From: an uncultured Clostridia bacterium
Lineage (GTDB): Bacteria; Bacillota; Clostridia; Christensenellales; UBA1242
NCBI GenBank assembly: GCA_944350115.1
Contig: CALVNZ010000001.1
Span: forward strand, 221,378-285,377
Length of the DNA: 64,000 nt
Direction of reading: 5' to 3'
Under the pieces are notes generated by a model, which was not told where the DNA came from, did no database searches, and saw only the letters and a program-made list of their open reading frames with translations. Below are positions 1 to 10,452 of the stretch, piece by piece; the stretch's first letter is position 1, and each line of letters begins with the position of its first letter. The position numbers and the translations under genes are program-made.

Positions 1-938
1 ACAACACCTTCTTCAAGAGCAGCGGCCAAAGTCAAAATTTTAAAAGTTGAACCTGGCTCATAAACATCGGTGATTGCTTTTATCTTTGATTGATCAAACA
101 AAACTTCAAGATTGTCTCTTGGAACTTCATTAAGGTCAAAGCTTGGTTTGGTTGACATCGCCAAAATTTCACCAGTTTTGGCATTTATAACAATTCCGGT
201 TGCATTTTTAGCAAGTTGTTCTGTCATGATTTTTTCAAGAGTTTGTTCTAAAATAAGCTGTATTTTTGAATCTACTGTGAGAGTGATGTCAGCACCTTTT
301 GTAGCTGGAACATAGTAACGCAAAGTTCCGCCAATCTCTTTTCCTTGCAAATCGCTTTGCGTAAACGAATAGCCATCAACACCTTTTAAATAAGACTCAT
401 ACTGGGCTTCAATTCCACTTTGTCCAACATTGTCGACACTGACAAAACCAAGAACTTGCGAAAGCAGGTTTCCATAAGTGTAATATCTCCCCACGCTTTC
501 AGCGAGATAAACACCTTTAAGATTTTTAGCATAAATTTGCTCTGCCGCGCCCGCGTCAACTTGCAATTTAATCAAAACTTCGGAAACATTCTTTTTTATG
601 CATTTTTCATAAACAGAAAGATAATTTAATCCTAACAAGTTTGACAAATATTGACTGACCTGTTTTGCATCTTCCACTTCTCTTGCCCTGACATAAACGT
701 TGTAAGTGGTGTAACTCACAGCAAGGCGCGAACCCGTCGAGTCATAAATATCTCCCCTTGGCGCAACAATGGCAAGGTCACGAGTCCATTGGTCAGTCGC
801 ACGAAGTTGCAAGTCTTTGCCATTTATGATTTGAACGACAAACAAGCGCACCACGAGTGCACAAAAAAGAAAGGATACAAGCAAAGTTAACGCAAGTATC
901 CTTTTTCTAAAAGAATGCAGGGTGAAAAGGTGTTGCAA
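1..938 (-). CDS. ftsI: Penicillin-binding protein, FtsI/PBP2B-type transpeptidase (N-terminal 312 codons; C-terminus lies beyond the window start)
   Basis: Absent from the ORF track because it runs off the window. My minus-strand translation: TTG start at 938-936, 7 nt after GGAGG and directly after the TAA of the upstream gene. Sequence reads QHLFTLHSFRKRILALTLLVSFLFCALVVRLFVVQIINGKDLQLRATDQWTRD...EPGSTFKILTLAAALEEG. One N-terminal TM helix; SxxK active-site motif STFK at 39-50; dcw-cluster position. Confidence 0.85.
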   Translation of the reverse strand, partial: MQHLFTLHSFRKRILALTLLVSFLFCALVVRLFVVQIINGKDLQLRATDQWTRDLAIVAPRGDIYDSTGSRLAVSYTTYNVYVRAREVEDAKQVSQYLSNLLGLNYLSVYEKCIKKNVSEVLIKLQVDAGAAEQIYAKNLKGVYLAESVGRYYTYGNLLSQVLGFVSVDNVGQSGIEAQYESYLKGVDGYSFTQSDLQGKEIGGTLRYYVPATKGADITLTVDSKIQLILEQTLEKIMTEQLAKNATGIVINAKTGEILAMSTKPSFDLNEVPRDNLEVLFDQSKIKAITDVYEPGSTFKILTLAAALEEGV

Positions 939-1484
939 TTATCTTCCTCCAAACAACCCCGACATAAAATTGCAAAATCTATCAAACCAGTTTGACTGCT
1001 TCTCAAAATCACTAGGACGCATAAGTTCGTCCGGAAAGGTTTCAATAAGTTCAGCGGTTTTATTTCCCGAATCCACAGAAGCGATCTTTTGCATAAGCGT
1101 TGCAACATTGACAGAATACTCTGATTGTGCAGCGTTATAAGCGGAAATAGAATCAGCAAGATCAACTGCCGTGAATATTCCGAGTGCCAGCGTCACAGCA
1201 AGTCCTAGCGCTAGAATTCCACGCCTGACCCAAGAAACTTTCTTTTTCGGTTTTTGCTTTTCAACCGCTCTTTCAAGTTTGATCACCCTCTTCTTTTTTT
1301 CAGAAGACAGCTCTGGCATTAGGTCATAATTAGGGGTTTCAATAACAATGTTTTTTTCTTGCTCTTTCTCAGTGCTGGTCGCCTGCTTGATTGAAGCAAG
1401 ATTGATTTTCTTTTTAGCTTGCTCCAACTTTTCTTCAACCTTCACTTCTTTTTCGAGCAAAAGAGTTGACGTCTCTTTTTCCAT
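939..1484 (-). CDS. Bitopic membrane protein in the FtsL position (K/E-rich cytoplasmic N-terminus, one TM, short extracellular tail)
   Basis: 181-aa ORF. TM helix GILALGLAVTLALGIFTAVDL. Its stop codon abuts the ftsI TTG start. The FtsL assignment is by position and topology only. Confidence 0.4.
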   Translation of the reverse strand: MEKETSTLLLEKEVKVEEKLEQAKKKINLASIKQATSTEKEQEKNIVIETPNYDLMPELSSEKKKRVIKLERAVEKQKPKKKVSWVRRGILALGLAVTLALGIFTAVDLADSISAYNAAQSEYSVNVATLMQKIASVDSGNKTAELIETFPDELMRPSDFEKQSNWFDRFCNFMSGLFGGR

Positions 1485-1516
1485 ATATATTTTTTCTCCC
1501 CCGTTTTTATTCTAAA

Positions 1517-3559
1517 TTAATGCCACTCTGGATCGTTCTCATATTTCAGTGGTTCGTAAATATTTGAAATGGCTGTGTAGAAAGCATAGTTTGTTTGATT
1601 GTCCCCCGGAGCCTTTGCAACATTAAACGCCACTTCACAATATGAAAAGTCAAACAATTCCTGATTTAGCACACCATAACCACCATAGGTTGAGCTTTCA
1701 ATAACTTGATAGTATTTTCTAGCATCGGTTTTTCCTGTGATTGTCACTTTGCGATCTTCTTTCGGAACTAATGGTTCAGGGCAATTAAATTTTCCAATCT
1801 TCACTGTCTCACCAAAACCACCTTGACTTTCTGGAACATCAAGTTCAAATTCTATATATGACCCTTCTTCGCCTTCATCTATTGGTCCGTCTTTTACGCG
1901 AATTGTTTTTGTCACAACTCTCATAGTTTTTGACAAAACATTGCCGGCTTCGTCCGTCTGCACTTGCCACCAACGAACAGAAACTTCAATCTCTAAATAT
2001 TTGTTTGGATCATAAATTTCATCGCCATCGTTTCCTGCGTCATATTTAAAGTCAAGCCAAATGTCACTAAACTCACAATTTTCTTCTGAAGGCATCAAAA
2101 CAAAACTTTGATATTCATAAGGCCCACCTGTGTAAAGGAAAGGATCTCCGTCTATGTTGGACATGAATGAAGTGAGCGGATAGGTCACAGCTTCTGATGC
2201 AATAAATGATTCTCCAACTGTCGTGTCATCCTCAGTTCCAGAACCGGATTCACCTTCAGTTCTTCCAATGGTGGTCAAAGTTCCAGTGAATTGCACGATT
2301 GCGTCAACAAGTTCTTCGTAGTAAAGTTCGTTTGCCCTTGGTCCTGTGGTCGCTTGCTCACCAATGATTTGTTCAATAACAAAATCTGCAATGTTTTGCT
2401 TGTTCGTCTCCGTCAAACCAACATAAGAACCAAGTTCGTTGAACAATGCTTTTCTGTCTTCAAGTGCAAGGGCAGCGCTGGATTTTTCTTCTGTTGGTGC
2501 AAAACCTTCCACGCTTACGCTAGGCGCGCCCGTCACTGGGTCATAGGCAACAGTTATTTCATTTGGCGTTATGCCCAGCACTATGCTGTAAATTGCATAT
2601 TCAAGTGCAGTTGTATAATCTTCATTTACAAAAGCACTTAAAAAAGCCACGGCATCAAATGCCATGAAACTGCCCCCATTATAATATTTTTCAAAAGTGT
2701 TGAAATCATATTTATAATCTTCATCATTTTGATCAAATCTTGCCGTTATTTCATTCCCTGATGAGACGACTCTGCCGTTGTAGGCATAAAGCCAAGGCTT
2801 ATATTCAAGCGAGTTGTCCGCGTTGTCATAACTTAAACTCCAATTCCAGCCATAATCAAGGTCGGCTGTGACTGTGATTGAATTTGGTTGAGTTGATGTC
2901 AATGTCAAATTGTTTTGTGTAAGTGAGAATGAGTAGTCCGAGCCATTGATTGTGATTTTGCTGTTGTTTTCTTCAAAAGTTCCTGCCTCTCCTGTCAGCA
3001 CAAGTTTTCCGGAAGCATTTGAGTAAGAAAATTCATCTCCATTGATGATGATTGTTCCAGCGCCACCTATAATCGTTTGATAGGACGGATCTTCTTCTGT
3101 GATTTGATAACGAATTGCATCATAAAAATAAATAAAATCTTCCTTGTCGCCACTTGCAAATTTTTCGCTTAACATTTGCAATGTTTCATTATTTGCATGT
3201 TCATATAAAGTGGCAAAAATATTAACTGCATCTCCAGTTTCATAATTCAAAATTCCATAAGTTGAAAATAAGTATCCTAAAATATTTCCAGCCAGAGCAT
3301 TGTAATAATTAGATGTGGTTGAATTTCCTTCATAATCATAATCAAGCGGACGCCTTAAAACCAAAACACCGTCAAGATTTATGCCACCCAATTCTTCTTC
3401 CAAAGTGTCTTCATATTCGTCTTCTGTGATTTCGCCGTTTTCAAGGGCATCGTCAAGTTCTTTCTTAAAATCAGGAGCCATTCCCCCACACCCTGCCAAT
3501 GCAAAAACCATAATGCACAAAAAACAAATTTGAAAAATTGAATAAAATTTTTTCTTCAT
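1517..3559 (-). CDS. Large lipoprotein, function unknown
   Basis: 680-aa ORF. Signal peptide MKKKFYSIFQICFLCIMVFALAGC with lipobox LAGC. Acidic, N/T/Y-rich mature part. Confidence 0.7.
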   Translation of the reverse strand: MKKKFYSIFQICFLCIMVFALAGCGGMAPDFKKELDDALENGEITEDEYEDTLEEELGGINLDGVLVLRRPLDYDYEGNSTTSNYYNALAGNILGYLFSTYGILNYETGDAVNIFATLYEHANNETLQMLSEKFASGDKEDFIYFYDAIRYQITEEDPSYQTIIGGAGTIIINGDEFSYSNASGKLVLTGEAGTFEENNSKITINGSDYSFSLTQNNLTLTSTQPNSITVTADLDYGWNWSLSYDNADNSLEYKPWLYAYNGRVVSSGNEITARFDQNDEDYKYDFNTFEKYYNGGSFMAFDAVAFLSAFVNEDYTTALEYAIYSIVLGITPNEITVAYDPVTGAPSVSVEGFAPTEEKSSAALALEDRKALFNELGSYVGLTETNKQNIADFVIEQIIGEQATTGPRANELYYEELVDAIVQFTGTLTTIGRTEGESGSGTEDDTTVGESFIASEAVTYPLTSFMSNIDGDPFLYTGGPYEYQSFVLMPSEENCEFSDIWLDFKYDAGNDGDEIYDPNKYLEIEVSVRWWQVQTDEAGNVLSKTMRVVTKTIRVKDGPIDEGEEGSYIEFELDVPESQGGFGETVKIGKFNCPEPLVPKEDRKVTITGKTDARKYYQVIESSTYGGYGVLNQELFDFSYCEVAFNVAKAPGDNQTNYAFYTAISNIYEPLKYENDPEWH

Positions 3560-3657
3560 GATTTTATTATAACAAAAGCGACAAAAAAAATCAAATATTT
3601 TTGTTTGTTCTCATTTTGTGTTAAAAGCACAAAAAAATTGAGCTTCTGCCCAATTTT

Positions 3658-5751
3658 TTATTTTGATAATTTCACTTCTTCCTCTTGTGCAGTATTTCCG
3701 CTGGTGTTTCCTATTAATATAGGCTTTTCTGCTATTGTTTTGTCAGTGTTTGGTATAATGTAATTTTCACCCTCTTCCCCAGTCAACAATCTATTGTAAA
3801 TGCTTTCTGAACTTTCTTGATTATTTAAAGCGGCAACTATGTTTTCTCTCTCTTCCACCACAACTTGTCCTTGATCGTTTTTGTAAACCAAACATATATT
3901 TACTACACTATAATAACCCGTATTAAAATATTTTGTATCTATATATCTAGGCCCACAAGCCCCCACATAACAAGGAACAATTGGTTCAACGCCGTCTGGC
4001 ATAAATTCTTCTGTAAATTTTGAAAAATCTATTGGGGTTGTGGTGTTTGAAATAATGATTGTACCTGTAAAGTCTGAACTCGTTAATTCATTAACAACCT
4101 TTTTATAATTTTCAATTTCTGATTTTAATGCTTGTAAATTCGCAATTACGACTTCTTTCTTTTCAATTGAAATGTTTTCTCCTACTTGATTAACAACATA
4201 CTGATAAAAATCTCCTACGCTTTCAATTTGTTGGGACAAAGTTACATAATTTAATAATTGAGTTTTATTGTTTCCCTTATAAGTTGATTTTCCCAAAACT
4301 TGTCTGTTTATTGAATTTATCGCATCAAAATATAAAATTATATTTCCATTTACATCAACAAATAACAATTTTTCATTAGAAAAATAATTTTGTGTTGTTG
4401 CTTCTAACATTGTTGGCAACATGTCATTAAATGATACAAACTTATAATCTTTGCCAAAAACCTGGTTGTATAATTTTTCTGCACTGATTGTTTGCTCTTT
4501 TTGTTCAAGTGGTAGGAATTCAAAGGTTTCGCCAGGAGAGATTTCGCCGACTTTTGAAATCAAAGCGCTTTTGTTTGCAATGGCGTTAAGTTTTTCTTGC
4601 GATGATTCGCCGTTGTCTGGATAAGTGACAACAAAAATTGAAAGCGTGTCATCTTTGTTAAGCCCGAAAGCATAACTCATGGTGCAGTTTTCGGTTGAAA
4701 GTGGTTCGTCGCCTGTGTATTTCATGCTTGGTGTCATACGGCCAAAGAACACTGCTTCAAAATCTCCAAGCGCTTTTGCCACTTGATCGTTTGCAACAAG
4801 CGAATCCTCAATTTCTGTGTATTCCGTTTTTGTCAAGGTTGCTTTTTCAATGATTTCTGAAACCTTTGCTTTGTATTGTGCCACAGCGTCTGTGATTTTT
4901 TGTGTCACGGCTTTTTCTTCACTTTCTTTCACTGCGGTGTCGCGGTCCATTTCAACAGTTTCCCAAACTTGACTTTCAGCGTTTTCATTCAAAATTGCTC
5001 TGTCGCCTTCTGTCAAATCTGAAACAATTGCGTAAAGTGTTGTTTCTCCGCCCTTCGTCACCAATGCAAAAGATTTTCCGTCTTGTGTGGAAGAGATGAA
5101 ATCAACTGATTCTGCCCCAGCAAACGCTTCTTTAACTTTGTCAGTTGCACGGTTGCTTGCAAAATTCATCAATGCGTTTTTGTCAACCACATTGTCAAAA
5201 ATTTCGCCAGCAGTTGTTTGCGCTGAAACAATAGGTGGATCAGTGTTTATTCCTCCTTGATCCTTTTCTTTGTTGTTGCACGCAACAAGACCGATTGAAC
5301 AAATTGCAGTCAAAGTTAAAACGGCACCAGCGACAAATAATTTCTTAAAGCTTGGTTTTTTTCTTTCATTTGAATCTTGTTCGCATCCGCTGATCACACC
5401 ACCAGTCAAAACAATTGGCTCGCTTTCAGCATAACGCTTTTTGTTTTCTTCGTCTAAATTGTTTAAAACACCTTCGTAAACAGAGCCCGCGTTTGCTGGG
5501 TCACTCTGAATTCTTTTTAATGTTTCATAGGCCACTCTTGTCGCTCCGCCTTCATACATGCCGTCAAACATTGTTTTGTCCATAAACAATTTTAAACCAA
5601 TGTCTTCTGGCAAGCACTCAATCAAAGCCTCTCTCAAAATTTCTTCATCATACTTCTCTTTCAACTTTTGAAGATCGTCATCATTGATTGTTCTTGTCGC
5701 CAAAATGCTTTTAATTTCATCATAGGCCTTTTGCATTTTTTCGTTTTGCAT
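3658..5751 (-). CDS. Type II membrane protein, function unknown (about 160-aa cytoplasmic domain, one TM, large extracellular domain)
   Basis: Long ORF. I prefer the start at Met28 of the track ORF (ATG 5751-5749), preceded by AGGAGGG. TM helix FVAGAVLTLTAICSIGLVA. Confidence 0.65.
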   Translation of the reverse strand: MQNEKMQKAYDEIKSILATRTINDDDLQKLKEKYDEEILREALIECLPEDIGLKLFMDKTMFDGMYEGGATRVAYETLKRIQSDPANAGSVYEGVLNNLDEENKKRYAESEPIVLTGGVISGCEQDSNERKKPSFKKLFVAGAVLTLTAICSIGLVACNNKEKDQGGINTDPPIVSAQTTAGEIFDNVVDKNALMNFASNRATDKVKEAFAGAESVDFISSTQDGKSFALVTKGGETTLYAIVSDLTEGDRAILNENAESQVWETVEMDRDTAVKESEEKAVTQKITDAVAQYKAKVSEIIEKATLTKTEYTEIEDSLVANDQVAKALGDFEAVFFGRMTPSMKYTGDEPLSTENCTMSYAFGLNKDDTLSIFVVTYPDNGESSQEKLNAIANKSALISKVGEISPGETFEFLPLEQKEQTISAEKLYNQVFGKDYKFVSFNDMLPTMLEATTQNYFSNEKLLFVDVNGNIILYFDAINSINRQVLGKSTYKGNNKTQLLNYVTLSQQIESVGDFYQYVVNQVGENISIEKKEVVIANLQALKSEIENYKKVVNELTSSDFTGTIIISNTTTPIDFSKFTEEFMPDGVEPIVPCYVGACGPRYIDTKYFNTGYYSVVNICLVYKNDQGQVVVEERENIVAALNNQESSESIYNRLLTGEEGENYIIPNTDKTIAEKPILIGNTSGNTAQEEEVKLSK

Positions 5752-5839
5752 ATTCCCTCCTTGGTAGGTTACAACTATTTTAACACATAAAAACCAGAAT
5801 TTCAAGTGCTTTTTTAGTTCGATTTTTTTCACAAATTAA

Positions 5840-6778
5840 TCAAAACTTTTCAAAAATTCGCAATTTTGCTGAATGTGACCTTTCGTTTTGCGAAAGTTCA
5901 TCTGCTGACGGAAGAATTGGTTTTCGATTAACAAGTTTGCCAACCGCCTTGTGTCCGCAAATGCAAATGGGCGTTTTAGGTGGACAAACACAACCGGTGC
6001 TTTTTTCTTTCATCACATTTTTGACAATTCGATCTTCCAAACTGTGAAAAGTGATCACGGCGAGTCTTCTTTTTGAATTCAAGCAATCGACAAAGTCTTC
6101 AACCGCTTTTTTCAGCAATGCAAGTTCTTGATTGACTTCAATTCGAATGGCTTGAAAAGTTTTTTTGCTTACTCCGCCTTTTCCAAAAATAATCTTTTTC
6201 GGAAAAGTTGACTCAACGATTTCTTTCAACTCTAGTGTGGTTGAAATTGGTTGTTTTTTTCTCGCTTCAACGATTGCTCTTGCAATTTTAGGTGCGTTTT
6301 GTTCTTCCCCATATTCCCACAACAATTTTTTAAGTTTTTCTTCGCTGTAACCATTGACGACATCAAAAGCGCTAAACGACTGCTCTTTGTCCATTCGCAT
6401 GTCAAGTGGCCCATCATGTAAAAATGAAAAACCCCTTTCTGCCGTGTCAATTTGGTGACTGCTCACACCAAGATCCGCCAAAATCCCGTCGACTTTTTTG
6501 ATTTTTAATTTCAAAAGTTCATCTTTCAAGTTTTTAAAATTTGAATGAACAAAACTCACATTTTCAAACTTTTTCAATCTTTCTTTTGATGCCTTTATTG
6601 CTTCTGCATCTTGATCAAAACAAACAAGACGCCCCTCTTTTGAAAGGCGTTTTGCAATTTGTTCGCTGTGGCCTCCGCCACCGCAGGTGGCATCAACATA
6701 AACGCCGTTTGCTTTTATGTTAAGGCCGTCAACCGCTTCATTTAACAAAACAGGAACATGAGAAAACTTTTTAGACAT
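5840..6778 (-). CDS. rsmH: 16S rRNA (cytosine1402-N4)-methyltransferase
   Basis: HVPVLLNEAVDGL, DATCGGGGHS, DLGVSSHQID, ITFHSLEDRIVK. Start taken at MSKKFSHVPVLL (ATG 6778), which overlaps the stop of the upstream gene. Confidence 0.95.
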   Translation of the reverse strand: MSKKFSHVPVLLNEAVDGLNIKANGVYVDATCGGGGHSEQIAKRLSKEGRLVCFDQDAEAIKASKERLKKFENVSFVHSNFKNLKDELLKLKIKKVDGILADLGVSSHQIDTAERGFSFLHDGPLDMRMDKEQSFSAFDVVNGYSEEKLKKLLWEYGEEQNAPKIARAIVEARKKQPISTTLELKEIVESTFPKKIIFGKGGVSKKTFQAIRIEVNQELALLKKAVEDFVDCLNSKRRLAVITFHSLEDRIVKNVMKEKSTGCVCPPKTPICICGHKAVGKLVNRKPILPSADELSQNERSHSAKLRIFEKF

Positions 6779-9617
6779 TGCCCGCCAACCCAAAGAAATC
6801 TTTTAATTTGTCAATCAAGTCTTGCCTAACATTTTCATTGTTTTCAAGTTCGGCAATTTCTGTTTTTATGTAAGTTTGTTGATCTTCCTTCAAATCAAAA
6901 TTGATGTTCAAATCATTTGCCACATCCAAAATTTCTTCTGCAAGTGCTTGGTTGTTTTCGTCTTCAATGGCAGTTATGATGCTTTGAATGCCATCTTCTT
7001 GTTGATTGCCGTTAATTACAAAGTCCTTAACTGCACTTGCAAAAGAGTTTCCTTCTGTGTCCACAAGACTAATTAGTTTAAACACACTTGTAAAATCAAC
7101 CTGATAAATCTTCTCAACCTTAAACACCGTTGTGAATGTTACTTCAAAGCTTGATTCAGCTTGCTTAATAAGTGCATCAAAAATTCCTCTGAACACACCT
7201 TGTTCAGTTTTGCCTGTTAATTCCTCCCTGTAAGCATTTTCTTTCATTCTTTCCAAAAGCAATCCAAGGCGTTCAACATCAATTGATTTTAGTCCTGTGC
7301 TTATGTCATCGTTCGCTAAAATATCGATAAACGCTTTAATGATGTTGCAAAGTTCTTGTGTTTGACTTTCTTCGGAAGACGAATCAAACGTTGCAGAATT
7401 TAAGTCCAAAACCGCGCCCGCTTGATTTTCCTGATCAAGACTTTTTTGTATTTCTTCGGTCAAAGTTTCTGAAATTTGATCTCTTAATGGCTGTGTGCAA
7501 ATTGCTTCCATGATTGGCGGAACAATTTTGTCAATCGTTTCGTCATCAAGGTTTTTCAAAAGTTCGTTGAAATCTCCGCCAGAGAGCAAATAATCAAGCA
7601 TTGTTTGTGTTTCGTCATAATCTCTTGATTCAAGTTCGTAAAGCACTTGGCTTAATAAAGGAAGATCATGCTCCCAATTAGCCAAACATGCGTCAAAATC
7701 CACATCATAACCTGGTTCTTCCAGTAAGCTCAAATCTACAATTCCCGTATTGGCGCTTTCCGTGATAACTGCGTCAAAAACCAAATCATGCAAAGCAGTG
7801 ATTTTGTAAATAGGAATAATAATGTCGTTAAGCAAGGTTGAATAAGTTGTTTCACCCGTTGTTGAAATTGTTGCCGTGATGTTTTGTGCAATAGTTTTTA
7901 AAATTGTTTTCATGTCAACACCATTTTCTAACGAGCCATAAAGATCTAGTCCAATAATAGTTTTGACAGGTGAAGACAAATATTCAAACAAATCTGAATA
8001 AGAATTTATTGTTTCATTTTTGACATCAAGCAAGTTGCCATCTCCTAAACCAACTTGTGTCAATATTTCAGGCAATAATTTTTTACCTGCGTTATCTTTT
8101 GCTATTTCTAGATTGTCAACTGTGTCAAGCATTGTTCCAAGTTTTTCTAAAATCACTTCAACGCTGTCTTCACTTAAAAGAAGAACTTTTTTCATGTCGC
8201 TGGCTATTTCTGTAATACTCAAATTTTGTGCTTTTAAAGTTTTGCTTAAATCACCGAACTCAGTAAACATCGTGATAAGTTGATTTCTTAATTGCGTCCA
8301 ATCTGAAATTGATGTGTTCATATTTTTAAATATGTCGCCAATTTCTCCGCCTGCAAATGTTGTTAAAACATAATCAAGCGTTGGTGACAATGAATCTTGC
8401 AAAATGTTCATTGTTGTTAAGTTTTCAAGCACTCCTGTTAAAACCAATTCATAGTCATTGGCAAGTTTAGTAATGGCATCTTCAGCATTTGGAGTGTTGT
8501 CTTTAATATAATCAATATAGCCAGATCTGCCAGTTTGTGAAATTATAGAATAAATTTTATCTATATCTTCTTTAAAATATAGCGTTGGATTTTCTGTTTG
8601 AGCCATACCTTCTTTCACATCTTTAAAAATTTCTTCAAACTCTTCCAGTTGTGGGAAAAGATTGATTAATGTAGGATAACTGTCAACAAGCTCTGTCGCA
8701 ATGTTTAAAACCACTGAATTATATAATGCCCCGTCAGTAGCCTGCTCATAAATTTCATCTATTTTATTCCAATCAAGGTTTGATATTTCCCCTACTTCAT
8801 TGCCAAGCATTTTGCTTATTGTTTTGTAAATTTCCAAATAATTTGAAATATCTTTTCTTAAATAAATGGTTTCGTTGTTCATTTCAAATTTTGATATGTT
8901 GTCAAAAATAAAATCATCAAGTCCAACCGCGCCATTAAGTGCACCAAAAAAACTTGAGTTGATTCCTGACGTGATGTTTGTCACTATCTCTGGAACTTCA
9001 AAACCTGTTTGAGATTCTGTTTCTGTCGTTTGCTCTGTTGAAGCTGATGCAACAGAAAGGTCTTTTAAATTATTGTCCGCAAGTTTAACCAAACTTGTGA
9101 GTGGCATGCAAATAACAAGGGCAAGAATAAACATTTTAAAAGTTCCAATTGCACCACCAATCCATTTGTTTCTCTTTAAGCCAAGTTCTTTTTCTTTCTT
9201 TTTGCTTTTAAACGCTAGCACTGAAATAATTTTGTAAACACAATAAACAACAATTCTCATCAAAAGATTTAAAACTAAAAATATAATAGCACACAACAAA
9301 AATTGTGGTAAGGCCTGCAAGAGCCCTTCCATGCTTGGAGAGCTCGCAATCAATGATGCAAAAGTTGGATCTTCAGAAATTATGTTTACAAAATAAGTTT
9401 TTAAAGATTGATTAACACCATCCGCTGTGATGTTTATGTTTAAAACTGCATTTGTAATCACTGGAGTCAGTAACCCAGCAATTATTATCCCAGCGAAAGT
9501 AAGACCCAGCTCGAGAGATGACCTTTTTACACCCCTGATAAAACCTTGTAAAAAACCAAGCCCTAAAAGCAGGACAAATAAAATATCTAAAATCACTATT
9601 AAAACTGTGGCAGACAT
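6771..9617 (-). CDS. Large membrane protein: N-terminal CvpA-like multi-TM module fused to a roughly 750-aa acidic helical region
   Basis: Start at MSATVLIVILDILF (ATG 9617), preceded by GGAGG. N-terminal TM pattern resembles colicin V production (CvpA) family proteins. The 3' end overlaps the rsmH start by 8 nt. Confidence 0.6.
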   Translation of the reverse strand: MSATVLIVILDILFVLLLGLGFLQGFIRGVKRSSLELGLTFAGIIIAGLLTPVITNAVLNINITADGVNQSLKTYFVNIISEDPTFASLIASSPSMEGLLQALPQFLLCAIIFLVLNLLMRIVVYCVYKIISVLAFKSKKKEKELGLKRNKWIGGAIGTFKMFILALVICMPLTSLVKLADNNLKDLSVASASTEQTTETESQTGFEVPEIVTNITSGINSSFFGALNGAVGLDDFIFDNISKFEMNNETIYLRKDISNYLEIYKTISKMLGNEVGEISNLDWNKIDEIYEQATDGALYNSVVLNIATELVDSYPTLINLFPQLEEFEEIFKDVKEGMAQTENPTLYFKEDIDKIYSIISQTGRSGYIDYIKDNTPNAEDAITKLANDYELVLTGVLENLTTMNILQDSLSPTLDYVLTTFAGGEIGDIFKNMNTSISDWTQLRNQLITMFTEFGDLSKTLKAQNLSITEIASDMKKVLLLSEDSVEVILEKLGTMLDTVDNLEIAKDNAGKKLLPEILTQVGLGDGNLLDVKNETINSYSDLFEYLSSPVKTIIGLDLYGSLENGVDMKTILKTIAQNITATISTTGETTYSTLLNDIIIPIYKITALHDLVFDAVITESANTGIVDLSLLEEPGYDVDFDACLANWEHDLPLLSQVLYELESRDYDETQTMLDYLLSGGDFNELLKNLDDETIDKIVPPIMEAICTQPLRDQISETLTEEIQKSLDQENQAGAVLDLNSATFDSSSEESQTQELCNIIKAFIDILANDDISTGLKSIDVERLGLLLERMKENAYREELTGKTEQGVFRGIFDALIKQAESSFEVTFTTVFKVEKIYQVDFTSVFKLISLVDTEGNSFASAVKDFVINGNQQEDGIQSIITAIEDENNQALAEEILDVANDLNINFDLKEDQQTYIKTEIAELENNENVRQDLIDKLKDFFGLAGNV

Positions 9618-9730
9618 AAATTCCTCCAATAGTTTAATTTTAAACCATTTTTGACTTTTTAACAAGCAAATAGTCGTTTTTCTTAAACTGTGAAATTATT
9701 AGATCGTTTTAAATCCTATTATTTTACCAA

Positions 9731-9761
9731 AATAGACAAAAAAGCACGCTTTAAGCGTGCA
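9731..9761 (-). terminator. Rho-independent terminator (bidirectional look)
   Basis: Stem GCACGC(9744-9749)/GCGTGC(9755-9760), flanked by an A-run and a T-run. Lies just downstream of the 9779-9994 gene on the minus strand. Confidence 0.6.
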
Positions 9762-9778
9762 TGTTTTTTAGTTAAAAA

Positions 9779-9994
9779 CTATTTTTTCTTTTGAAATTTG
9801 CCATTCTTTTTGTAAACCACAAAACCAACATCTTGATTTTCACTTAATGCTTTTACTCTTTCAAGAGCTTCTTCTTTTGTCGCCTTGCTGTCAATTACTC
9901 TGGCCGCACCATCTTTTTTTATATTCCATTTTCTTGAAAGACTATCGTAGATAACTCGATAAATTCCCTTTCTGGTTTTTACCTTTTCCTCCAT
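9779..9994 (-). CDS. Small DUF2188-like protein
   Basis: Start at the internal Met (ATG 9994), 5 nt after AAGGAGG. YRVIYDSLSRKWNIKKDGAARVIDSKATKEEALERVKAL matches my recollection of the DUF2188 pattern. Confidence 0.5.
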   Translation of the reverse strand: MEEKVKTRKGIYRVIYDSLSRKWNIKKDGAARVIDSKATKEEALERVKALSENQDVGFVVYKKNGKFQKKK

Positions 9995-10164
9995 ATTGTC
10001 CTCCTTTGTATAAGTTAATTTTATAACATTTTCATCCAAATGTCAAGAAGCTTGTTTTATCGCTGGTTAAAACTTAACTAATTAAAATTAAAAAATTTAT
10101 CGACATTTATTTTTAATTTTCTACATTTTGTGGTATTCTTCAAATATGAATTTAAGAGGGTTCA

Positions 10165-10452
10165 ATGGCAAAAAAGATCAAACTAAATGATAATAACAAA
10201 GTTGTTGAAGAAGACAAATCAAATAAGAGAGCCATAATAATAGCTTTAAGCTGTGTACTTTTACTTATTATTGGCGCTATTCTAATTTTATTGCTTTTGC
10301 CTAAAACCACAAAAGACAACACCTTGGATGATAATTTAGGACAAGCCTATCAAATAACAATCAACGATGGCGAACATGGTCAAATTACTACAGCAAGCAC
10401 AAATGTAAAACTAGGGCTTTTATTTTCAGACAACCAAGTCCGCCTTTTGTAA
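10165..10452 (+). CDS. Small membrane-anchored protein, possibly frameshifted (an adjacent frame stays open to 10616)
   Basis: 95-aa ORF with one TM helix (AIIIALSCVLLLIIGAILILLLL). The -1 frame is open from 10410 to the stop at 10614-10616 and reads protein-like (PPFVNQNTFANFNDLENKLTIQLYIADVYFNNF...). Confidence 0.45.
   Translation: MAKKIKLNDNNKVVEEDKSNKRAIIIALSCVLLLIIGAILILLLLPKTTKDNTLDDNLGQAYQITINDGEHGQITTASTNVKLGLLFSDNQVRLL

Noticed and set aside
2291-2641. Many 60-150-aa ORFs in the track lie antisense to or out of frame within long genes, for example 2291-2641, 8020-8283, 38232-38687, 40554-40886, 49481-49882, 50690-51025 and 61287-62172.
   Set aside because: They are embedded in well-supported longer genes, lack an RBS, and have low-complexity F/L/S/C-rich translations typical of shadow ORFs in AT-rich DNA.
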